From: Bryobacteraceae bacterium
GTDB lineage: Bacteria; Acidobacteriota; Terriglobia; Bryobacterales; Bryobacteraceae
NCBI GenBank assembly: GCA_050010255.1
Contig: JBEKLJ010000001.1
Span: 960-64,959 of the forward strand
Reading direction: 5' to 3'
Length of the DNA stretch: 64,000 bases
The translations under genes were made by a program, and so were the position numbers. Positions 56,858 to 64,000 of the stretch are shown one piece after another; the first letter of the stretch is position 1, and each line of letters starts with the position of its first letter. The notes beneath the pieces are model-generated. The model had not been told where the DNA came from and did no database searches. It saw nothing but the letters and a program-made list of their open reading frames with translations.

Positions 56858-59137
56858 GTGGACGCCGGCCAACCGCGGGCGTTAGCCGCCCGCGGCCTCG
56901 CCGTTCTGCTCCTGGCGGCCGCCGTCTGCGGCGCGCAGACGCTGGAGACGTTGGGCCGCGCCTACCATGAGAAGCCGCTTCCCGCCGCGCGGGCGGCGCT
57001 GCTGCGCCTGGCCGCCGCGCACCCCAACGACCGCACCGGCGCGCTCGCCCTGTTGTGCGCCGGTATCACCGAGCAGCAAAACCAGCAGCCCGCCGACGCC
57101 ATCCCCCACCTTCGCGCGGCCGCCCCGCGCCTTCCCGCGCTGGCCGACTACGCCGCCTGGTTCCTCGCCTCCGCCGAGTTCGACCTCGGCAACTTCGCCG
57201 GCGCGCTGGCCGATCTGGCGCCGGTCTGGGGCGCTGCTCCGGACTCCCCGCTCGCCGCTGACGCGGCCCTGCTGGCCGCTCGCGCCTGGAAAGAGAATGG
57301 AAAGCCCGCCGCGGGAGTCGAGATCCTGCGTCGCTACTACCCGCGGCTCCAGCAGCCGGCCGGGGATGCCCAGTTGGCGGCCTGCTACCGCGCTGCCAAC
57401 GATCTCGCCTCCGCCGCCGTCTACTATCAGCGCGTCTTCTACCAGTACCCGTTGAGCGGCGATGCTGAGGAGGCCGCCACCGCACTCGCCGAATTGCGCC
57501 AGACGCTCGGCGCTCTCTATCCCCCTCCCACCGCCCCCGCGATGATTGAGCGCGCCGACAGGCTGGCGCACGCCGGCGAGCACCGCCGCGCGCGCACCGA
57601 GATCGAGGTGCTGCTGCCTCAACTGGCGGGCGCCGACCGCGATCTGGCCCGCGTCCGCCTGGGCGTGGTCGACTTCCTCGCCTACCGGCACGCGGCGGCG
57701 TTCAGCTATCTGAAGTCGCTCGAGCTGGCCTCGCCCGAAGCCGACGCCGAGCGCCTGTACTACCTGGCCGAGCTCGCACGGCGGATGGAACGCGACGATG
57801 AGATGCTGGCGGCCCTGCAGCGGATCGAGCGCTACCCGCGCTCGCCCTGGCGCCTCAGGGCGCTCGTCTCGGCTGCCAACCGCTACCTGCTCGACAATCG
57901 GGCCGACCGCTATCTTCCGCTCTTCCGGGCCTGCTCGGACTCTTTCGCCGATCACCCGCTGGCCGCCTACTGTCACTGGAAGGTCACTTGGAACGCTTAC
58001 ATCCACCGCCGCCCCGAGGCGGCCGAGCTGTTGCGGGCGCACGTGCAGAAGTTCCCGGGCGCGGAGGGCGCGGCCGCCGCTCTCTACTTCCTGGGCAGGC
58101 TGGCGGAGGGCGCGAGCCGGCCCGATGACGCCAAGGCCTACTACTCCGCGCTTCTGGAGCACTTCCCGAATCGGTACTACACCAGCCTCGCGGACCAGCG
58201 CCTCTCACTTCCCGCCCTCGTCCGCGCTGTCGCCTCCCCGGACGCTGGCGCGTTCCTGAACCACATCGCCTGGCCCGCGCGCCCGCCTGTCCGCACCTTC
58301 GAGCCGGCTCCCGCTACCCAGGCGCGCTTCGACCGCGCCCGCCTTCTGGCCTCTGCCGGCCTGGAGGATCTGGCCGAGACCGAGCTGCGCTTCGCGGCCC
58401 AGAGCGGCGATCAGCCGCACGTCGTCGCCGTTCAACTGGCGCAGATGCTCCGCCAGTACGGCCCGCCGCACAGCGCGCTCCGCCTCGTCAAGAGCCTCGT
58501 GCCGGACTACCTGTCAATCCGGTTCGAAGACGCTCCCGCCTCCTTCTGGAGCCTGCTCTATCCGCTGCCCTGGCGCGCCGAGCTCGAACGCCAGACCCGC
58601 CAGCAGCGCCTCGACCCCTACCTCATGGCCGGCCTGATCCGCCAGGAATCGGAGTTCAACCCCGAAGCCGTCTCCCCGGCCCGGGCTTATGGCCTGACGC
58701 AGATCCTGCCCGCGACCGGCCGGCGCCTTCTCGGGATCAGCCGCCGCCGCTTCCGGCCCGCGATCCTGTTCCGGCCCCCCTTGAACCTGCGCCTCGGCGC
58801 GGTTTACCTGCGCCAGATGTACGACGCCTTCGCCGGCCGCCCGGAGCTCGCCCTGGCCGCATACAACGCCGGCCGTTCCCGCGTCGAGGTCTGGCTCACC
58901 TGGGCCGACTTCCGCGAACCGTCCGAGTTCATCGAGACCATCCCCTTCAGCGAAACGCGCACCTACGTGTTGGCCGTGCTGCGGAACGCCTGGGTGTATC
59001 GAAGGCTGTACGGCCCCGAGGGCTCGGGGCTCCCGGCCGCCAGCCGTCCCTCGTCGCGCGCCGCCCCCGGCGCCGTCCCGTCCAAGAAGCACGCCAGCCC
59101 CACGCGCAGCCCGGCCGCCGCCAAGAAGCAGCGCTGA
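56858..59137 (+). CDS. soluble lytic murein transglycosylase (Slt70-like: superhelical TPR-like domain plus SLT domain)
   Basis: GLIRQESEFNPEAVSPARAYGLTQI and AAYNAG motifs. GTG 56858 gives a signal peptide (LAVLLLAAAVCGAQ). Confidence 0.85.
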   Translation: MDAGQPRALAARGLAVLLLAAAVCGAQTLETLGRAYHEKPLPAARAALLRLAAAHPNDRTGALALLCAGITEQQNQQPADAIPHLRAAAPRLPALADYAAWFLASAEFDLGNFAGALADLAPVWGAAPDSPLAADAALLAARAWKENGKPAAGVEILRRYYPRLQQPAGDAQLAACYRAANDLASAAVYYQRVFYQYPLSGDAEEAATALAELRQTLGALYPPPTAPAMIERADRLAHAGEHRRARTEIEVLLPQLAGADRDLARVRLGVVDFLAYRHAAAFSYLKSLELASPEADAERLYYLAELARRMERDDEMLAALQRIERYPRSPWRLRALVSAANRYLLDNRADRYLPLFRACSDSFADHPLAAYCHWKVTWNAYIHRRPEAAELLRAHVQKFPGAEGAAAALYFLGRLAEGASRPDDAKAYYSALLEHFPNRYYTSLADQRLSLPALVRAVASPDAGAFLNHIAWPARPPVRTFEPAPATQARFDRARLLASAGLEDLAETELRFAAQSGDQPHVVAVQLAQMLRQYGPPHSALRLVKSLVPDYLSIRFEDAPASFWSLLYPLPWRAELERQTRQQRLDPYLMAGLIRQESEFNPEAVSPARAYGLTQILPATGRRLLGISRRRFRPAILFRPPLNLRLGAVYLRQMYDAFAGRPELALAAYNAGRSRVEVWLTWADFREPSEFIETIPFSETRTYVLAVLRNAWVYRRLYGPEGSGLPAASRPSSRAAPGAVPSKKHASPTRSPAAAKKQR

Positions 59138-59164
59138 CGGCGCGCCCGCACGTTGTCTGCGGCG

Positions 59165-59212
59165 TGGAGCGGCCTTTCCAGGCTGCCATGCCGGCTTTCA
59201 TGCCGGCATCGC
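59165..59212 (+). repeat. 48-nt dispersed repeat, copy 2
   Basis: GTGGAGCGGCCTTTCCAGGCTGCCATGCCGGCTTTCATGCCGGCATCG, partner of 47597-47644. Confidence 0.75.
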
Positions 59213-59334
59213 TGAGGGTCGATCATGATCGCCCCTACTTGCCGCCCGGCCGCGAGCCCAGCGCCGTAGCGCGCGCTCTCAGCGTGCCGCGTCGGCACTC
59301 CTGCCGACGCATGGCGGCCCCCGCGTGCTGCTCG

Positions 59335-59390
59335 GTCAACGGCATACTCCCACTCGCAGAGCCGCGACTGGCAAGGAGCGGCTGCCTGAC
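59335..59390 (+). repeat. dispersed repeat, copy 2 (partner of 44518-44573)
   Basis: GGTCAACGGCATACTCCCACTCGCAGAGCCGCGACTGGCAAGGAGCGGCTGCCTGA. Confidence 0.6.
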
Positions 59391-59546
59391 CCACGCGGCA
59401 CGCCCCTGCGGCATCAGCCGCCCATGCCACGCGGATCGCGCCGTGTCGTTGACTTGCGCGCCGCGCCGGAGCATAATCAATCGTCTTCCCGTCCGGATCG
59501 ACAGCCAGAAATCACGCCGGCCCGCGGGCCTGCACAAAGGATCCAA

Positions 59547-60113
59547 ATGACACTACGCGAATCCGTTCTTCCTGGAATCAGCTTTGCACTGTTGCTGTCT
59601 TGTCAGCCCACTCCCTTACTGGCCCAGAGCGAAGTCAGTCCCGATCTAACAGAGGTCGAGATGATTGTCTCGACAAGAACACCTGGCGAGGCCTTGGCTT
59701 TTCGGTTCAACTCCGGCAGGCCTTTCGTTGTATCAATCAATAGCGGCGTGCCCGGCGCCCGTGCTGCCAGGGGTGCGTTTGTAAGTATCCTCGCGCGCAA
59801 CAGGCTGCTGGACAAGGTAGTGTTTGAATGGTTCGGTCCAAAAAACCCTGAGGCCGTTGAGATCGAGATTGGAAGCAAGGTCCCTGTCGAAATGGCGCAG
59901 GCTGCCGTCAGGGTGTTCGGCCGCCGGGACGACATTCCGGTCGTAGTCTCCGTTGACACCGAGGACCGGCAGTTTGGGAACACTCAGCGAATCTATATCG
60001 GAGGCCTGGTGGCAACCGGGAAGCCACCCACGAGCCGAGACAGGATGGATGCTCTGCTGAGGCAAGGGATATCGCAGCAGGACTTCCGGGCAATTGCTTC
60101 GGGGGCGAAGTAA
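59547..60113 (+). CDS. hypothetical secreted protein
   Basis: 188 aa from ATG 59547 with a signal-like N-terminus (ISFALLLSCQPTPLLAQ). Lower-GC codon usage. Confidence 0.55.
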   Translation: MTLRESVLPGISFALLLSCQPTPLLAQSEVSPDLTEVEMIVSTRTPGEALAFRFNSGRPFVVSINSGVPGARAARGAFVSILARNRLLDKVVFEWFGPKNPEAVEIEIGSKVPVEMAQAAVRVFGRRDDIPVVVSVDTEDRQFGNTQRIYIGGLVATGKPPTSRDRMDALLRQGISQQDFRAIASGAK

Positions 60114-60672
60114 CCGGACGCTACCGACAGGCCGACTGGCCGACACGAGAGCTGAGGTTGTGACTCAGCCGCAGCCGCGAGGGCCCCCCCCGCAGCACTT
60201 CTTGTCCCCGCTGCCGCAAGGGCACGGGTCGTTCCGCCCCACCTTGACCGGAGACGGCGCGGCGGAGGAGGAGCAAACACGTCGAAGGCAGGAGGGGCGA
60301 TGGAGAGGTGTATGAGAAATCGCTTGGAATTAGGCACTTCCGGGTATTTCCGTACTCGAAGGAGGCAGAGGTGGCCCTTGCTTGCGCCGCCCGGGCCGCT
60401 GGCGATCGAAGGATGAAAAGAACGGCTTCCACAGAGGCCCTGGGGTGTAGAATGGAGGCCGGCCAGGATCCGAAAACGGACATCTGTGCTAACACGCTCC
60501 CGACACAGAGCGGGAGAACGTGTGTGCCAGGGATCGGGCGGCGGGCAGTTTGCCGCCAACATCTGAGGGAGGAGCCGTAGGCGCTAATCAGCGCCCGTAC
60601 CGACCTGTGCGGGGGGTGCTAAGCGATTGGTATCCCTACCGCGACCGGCTTCCATTGCTCCGGGAGGGGATC

Positions 60673-62346
60673 ATGAAAAGAACTTTGTTAGTGGCTGTTC
60701 TTCTCGGGCTGGCTGCGGGGGTCATGAGTTCCCCGGCTGCAGCCCAAGCAGGCTCCAACAGCCTGGATGTCCAACTGCTTCAAGCCGCTGGCAACGGCGA
60801 TACGGCAGCGGTTCAGCAACTCCTGGACAAGGGTGCCAACATCGAGGCCAGGGACGAGTACGGTCGCACGCCATTGATGCTTGCGGTCGAATATCAGGAC
60901 CGGACCGAGATTGCGAAGCTGCTCCTGGACAAGGGAGCCAACATCGAAGCCAAAGCTAGTGTTTCTCCCTATGAGGGATGGACAGCATTGATTTTTGCGG
61001 CCAACGGGGGCAAGGTTGAGATTGCGAAGCTGCTCCTGGACAAGGGAGCCAACATCGAAGCCAAAGCTAGTGTTTCTCCCCATGAGGGATGGACGGCATT
61101 GTTTTTTGCGGCCAACGGCGGCAAGGTTGAGGCTGCGAAGCTGCTTCTGGAGAAGGGAGCCAACATCGAGTCCAAGGACCGCCGCGGCTACACGGCGCTA
61201 GCGTGGGCGAAAATGCAGAGTGAAAGCGACGAAGGAGTTCTGAAGCTGTCTCCGGGCCACCCACTTTATCAGCGAATATTATCCAATCAGATAGAGGTGG
61301 TCCATCTATTGGAGCAGGCCATTGCGAAGAACCCTCAAAGTGCTCTTGCCGAGTCCGCCAGTGCTCTTCAGAGGCGACCCTATGATGAGGCCTTGGGTGA
61401 AAAGGTATTCAAGCTTGCTGCCAGCCTCCCGGCGCTTCCCCCTGTTCCGGAAGAGGCCCGCCAGCTCTTTCTTCAGGCTTCGGCGCTGATGAAACAGGCA
61501 AACATTCCCGATGATTTTGTCAAACCCATTGAACTGCTGGAGAAGGCCCTGGTAATCGCCCCTTGGTGGGGCAACGCCTACTACAACCTGTCGCGCGCTC
61601 TGGAACTGAGCGGGCAGTACGACGAAGCCGTGAAGCAGTTGAACTACTACATCGAGCTGAGCCCTTCGGAAGCCGATGCAACCGAGGCCCGCGCCCACAT
61701 CTCTGTGATTCAGGCAGAGAAGGAGGCTGCTGCGCAAAAGAAGCGGGAGAACGAGGGTGTGCTGGCTGTGAAGTACGTGAGCGGCGGCATAACCCGCCAG
61801 CGCTATTCCGAAGTGCCCGCATGGTGGCATGAATCCGGCAGAGTAGACGCCCTTTATACGTATATGCTCCCGGAAGAGGGCCCGTTTTACGTTAACGTCT
61901 TCCGCATGCCTAGAGGCCACCTTCTCACCATTAGTCTGTTCGCGCTATCCAGCAATGGTGCTTACACGGGCGACCAAATTGCTGTCTATGCCTGGGATGA
62001 AACCAAGGGTGGCTGCTCCGAGGGTTATATGTTTGCATTTGGCGCGCACAGCTACACAGATGCTTGCGGGGTTCACTACGACGTAAGCGTTTCGAATCAG
62101 CCGAATGCAATCGTGACGGTTACGTACACGCCTACCGGCGCTTTCGTCACGATTCCGGTGGCTTTGCTCTATCGAGGCCGAGTGCTCAAGGTGGGTTGGG
62201 ACTCGACTGGAACAGTTTATCAGGGTAGCCACGACAAAGGCGTAGAGGTGCTGCACTTCGATGGAAGTATGGTCGAAGCGGCGAAGAACCCTAACGTAAA
62301 CGCCATGGGTCTGACGCCCACTAGCGTGATTCCGCACAAGAAGTAG
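60673..62346 (+). CDS. secreted ankyrin-repeat / TPR protein with unknown C-terminal domain
   Basis: Signal peptide MKRTLLVAVLLGLAAGVMSSPAAAQA after GGGAGGGG. At least four ANK units (GRTPLMLAV...LLLDKGANIEA). TPR (WWGNAYYNLSRALELSGQYDEAVKQ). Confidence 0.85.
   Translation: MKRTLLVAVLLGLAAGVMSSPAAAQAGSNSLDVQLLQAAGNGDTAAVQQLLDKGANIEARDEYGRTPLMLAVEYQDRTEIAKLLLDKGANIEAKASVSPYEGWTALIFAANGGKVEIAKLLLDKGANIEAKASVSPHEGWTALFFAANGGKVEAAKLLLEKGANIESKDRRGYTALAWAKMQSESDEGVLKLSPGHPLYQRILSNQIEVVHLLEQAIAKNPQSALAESASALQRRPYDEALGEKVFKLAASLPALPPVPEEARQLFLQASALMKQANIPDDFVKPIELLEKALVIAPWWGNAYYNLSRALELSGQYDEAVKQLNYYIELSPSEADATEARAHISVIQAEKEAAAQKKRENEGVLAVKYVSGGITRQRYSEVPAWWHESGRVDALYTYMLPEEGPFYVNVFRMPRGHLLTISLFALSSNGAYTGDQIAVYAWDETKGGCSEGYMFAFGAHSYTDACGVHYDVSVSNQPNAIVTVTYTPTGAFVTIPVALLYRGRVLKVGWDSTGTVYQGSHDKGVEVLHFDGSMVEAAKNPNVNAMGLTPTSVIPHKK
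60907..61128 (+). repeat. tandem duplication, 2 x 111 bp, inside the ankyrin gene
   Basis: Units 60907-61017 and 61018-61128 differ at 4 positions. A third, more diverged unit starts at 61129. Confidence 0.95.
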
Positions 62347-62381
62347 GCGCGGAGCGTTGAGCTTCGCACATGGAGGCAATC

Positions 62382-63695
62382 ATGAAACGGTCTTTGTTGG
62401 TACCTGTTCTTCTCGGTTTGGCTGTGATGGTCGTGAGTGTGACGCCCGCCATGGCGCAACATCTTGCAGGCTGTGGTTGCTACTGCGGAAAGGTGATCCG
62501 TCCCCCTTGCAGCGACGATGCCTGCAAGCAGGCCTGCGGCTGGAGCGCACCATCAACGGGCAGCAATCAGCCATCCGACAACTCCGCAGCCGAAGCCGAA
62601 GCCGAGCACCAGCGGCAACAAGAAGCCGAACGGCAAAGGCAGCTTGAGGCCGAGCGGCAGAGGCAGCGGGAGATCGAGGAACAAAGGAAGCGGGATGAGG
62701 AAGAAGCCAGGCGCCGCCAGGCAGAATTCGAGCGCAAAAAGCAGGAAGCCCTGAGCAGCATGAAGGGCATTGCCGAAAACGAACTCGGCCTGAAAGACGC
62801 TGGAGCGGGTGATCTTGGGCTGAAGGACATCGGCGACACAGGCGGAAGCGGTCTCGGCCTCAGGGAAGGCCCCGCCCCACCCGCCGCGCCCGTCACATCG
62901 ACCCAGAAGCAGCCGGACTGCCAGTGGGGCGACCAAGGCTCTTCCTTGGTCGATCTCCGCTGCCTGGGGCTGGACCCGGACAAGCCTATTGTCCTCGATC
63001 CGCATATCGCCCGCGGTCAGGAGCGCGCCTTCCCCGCGCAGATCGATCCGGCGACGTTCCAGAATGCCGCCTACAACAAAGGCTTCGAGGCGCTCATGCG
63101 TTTTGACGTCGCCTCCGCGCAGGCGGCAGTCGAATACTTCAAGCAGGCGCAGTTGGAGCGGCCCAACGATCCGCTGGTGCGCAACGCCCTCCTGCTGGCC
63201 CAGGACATTCTGAAGGCGCGGCAGCAGAGGGAGCAGGAGGACAAGGCAAAGGCCATGCAGTCGCTCTACCACGGCGTGGCCGCGCTGATGATGGGCGATG
63301 TGAGAACCGCCAGCGCGTCCGTGGAGCGTGCCCAGAAACTCGATCCACAGAACAGCGCCATCGGTCCCTGGTCGAGGCTGATGTCGGGACTGTTCGAGCA
63401 CTACAAGGAGGCTCCGGCGGGAAACCGCGTGGTCTGCGAGCTTGTGGGCAATGCCTTGATCTTTGAGTCGCGAGGCGAATTCAAACATGAGATCGTCACT
63501 CTGGAGGAAGCCGCGCACGTGGCTCCCAACGATACCTACGTCCAGGGCATGCTTTGGCGAGCCCGCCATTTGAAGCCCGAGAATCCAGGCTTTTCCAGTG
63601 TGGCGCCGGGTGCCGCTACGAGGTACCCGGCTGGGGCGGGCGGCTTAAAGCCCGGCAATCCAGCTTCTTCCAGTGCGGCACCGGCGCCCAAGTAA
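62382..63695 (+). CDS. secreted protein: Cys-rich N-terminus, E/R/Q coiled coil, TPR-like C-terminal half
   Basis: Signal peptide MKRSLLVPVLLGLAVMVVSVTPAMAQ, paralogous to that of the previous gene. GCGCYCGKVIRPPCSDDACKQACGW. EAERQRQLEAERQRQREIEEQRKRDEEEARRRQ. Confidence 0.7.
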   Translation: MKRSLLVPVLLGLAVMVVSVTPAMAQHLAGCGCYCGKVIRPPCSDDACKQACGWSAPSTGSNQPSDNSAAEAEAEHQRQQEAERQRQLEAERQRQREIEEQRKRDEEEARRRQAEFERKKQEALSSMKGIAENELGLKDAGAGDLGLKDIGDTGGSGLGLREGPAPPAAPVTSTQKQPDCQWGDQGSSLVDLRCLGLDPDKPIVLDPHIARGQERAFPAQIDPATFQNAAYNKGFEALMRFDVASAQAAVEYFKQAQLERPNDPLVRNALLLAQDILKARQQREQEDKAKAMQSLYHGVAALMMGDVRTASASVERAQKLDPQNSAIGPWSRLMSGLFEHYKEAPAGNRVVCELVGNALIFESRGEFKHEIVTLEEAAHVAPNDTYVQGMLWRARHLKPENPGFSSVAPGAATRYPAGAGGLKPGNPASSSAAPAPK

Positions 63696-63774
63696 CGGGA
63701 AGCAACACGACGGCAGAGGAGAACGGCTCTTCCGCCACCAAAGGAAACGAGTCATGAGAGAGGAAGCTAAAACC

Positions 63775-64000
63775 ATGAAGCCAAGAACGATTCTTTCCGT
63801 ACCCATACTTCTTCTGCTGTTCGTTGCGATGGTGGGCTGGCCCGCATGCGCCCAGGCGCAGGACGACAATCTGTTGGCGGTAGTAATACAAGGAGATGTC
63901 GTCAGAGTTAGACACTTGTTGGACCACGGTGCTGACGTAAACATGAGGAACTTTCGCCAAGATACGCCGCTGCACTTGGCCGCGGAGAAAGGCCGAACCG
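63775..64000 (+). CDS. secreted ankyrin-repeat protein, N-terminal part (runs off the window)
   Basis: Read by hand: MKPRTILSVPILLLLFVAMVGWPACAQAQDDNLLAVVIQGDVVRVRHLLDHGADVNMRNFRQDTPLHLAAEKGRT. No stop before base 64000. Confidence 0.75.
   Translation, partial: MKPRTILSVPILLLLFVAMVGWPACAQAQDDNLLAVVIQGDVVRVRHLLDHGADVNMRNFRQDTPLHLAAEKGRT

Noticed and set aside
60907-61240. Possible CRISPR-like or non-coding tandem array
   Set aside because: The 111-bp units are in frame within an ankyrin-repeat CDS and have no spacers. No CRISPR array or cas genes occur anywhere in the window.

Overview
High-GC bacterial chromosomal segment. Gene content (PEP-CTERM protein, TIGR03790-like protein, Pal with poly-proline linkers, many Tat or lipoprotein signals) suggests an Acidobacteriota-like soil organism; this is inference only. 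About two thirds is ordinary core: pckA plus an aminotransferase, a fused aroD/aroE, a complete tolQ-tolR-tolA-like-tolB-pal-ybgF cluster, rpsO-pnp, a TetR-controlled RND efflux operon, an lpxC-pgsA-membrane protein-DUF218-ABC exporter operon, polA, rpmE, an ECF sigma/anti-sigma/Spy-like operon, a UvrD-type helicase, an amino-acid permease and an Slt-like transglycosylase. Accessory DNA is embedded in this core. (1) A HEPN/MNT toxin-antitoxin pair sits inside the 3' end of pgsA, bracketed by a 35-bp direct repeat, with the old pgsA tail displaced. (2) A 2-kb islet is bracketed by a 126-bp duplication of the polA 3' end; it carries an IS66-type tnpA stub and a four-gene small membrane-protein cassette. 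(3) A visibly lower-GC stretch follows, ending in a 5'-truncated M1 aminopeptidase. (4) The best candidate for an undescribed system is a translationally coupled three-gene operon of a thermolysin-like metalloprotease, an MBL-fold hydrolase and a patatin-like lipase (40.0-44.2 kb), with no export signals and no recognisable sensor. (5) A secreted ankyrin/TPR gene cluster with a very recent 111-bp tandem duplication lies at 59.5-64 kb. A hicAB pair, several dispersed intergenic repeat families (one always in 3' UTRs), a long inverted repeat, an unannotated 52-aa basic ORF coupled to the helicase, and an orphan terminator upstream of rpmE are also reported. No rRNA, intact tRNA or CRISPR array was found. 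The many long ORFs antisense to real genes are high-GC shadow frames.
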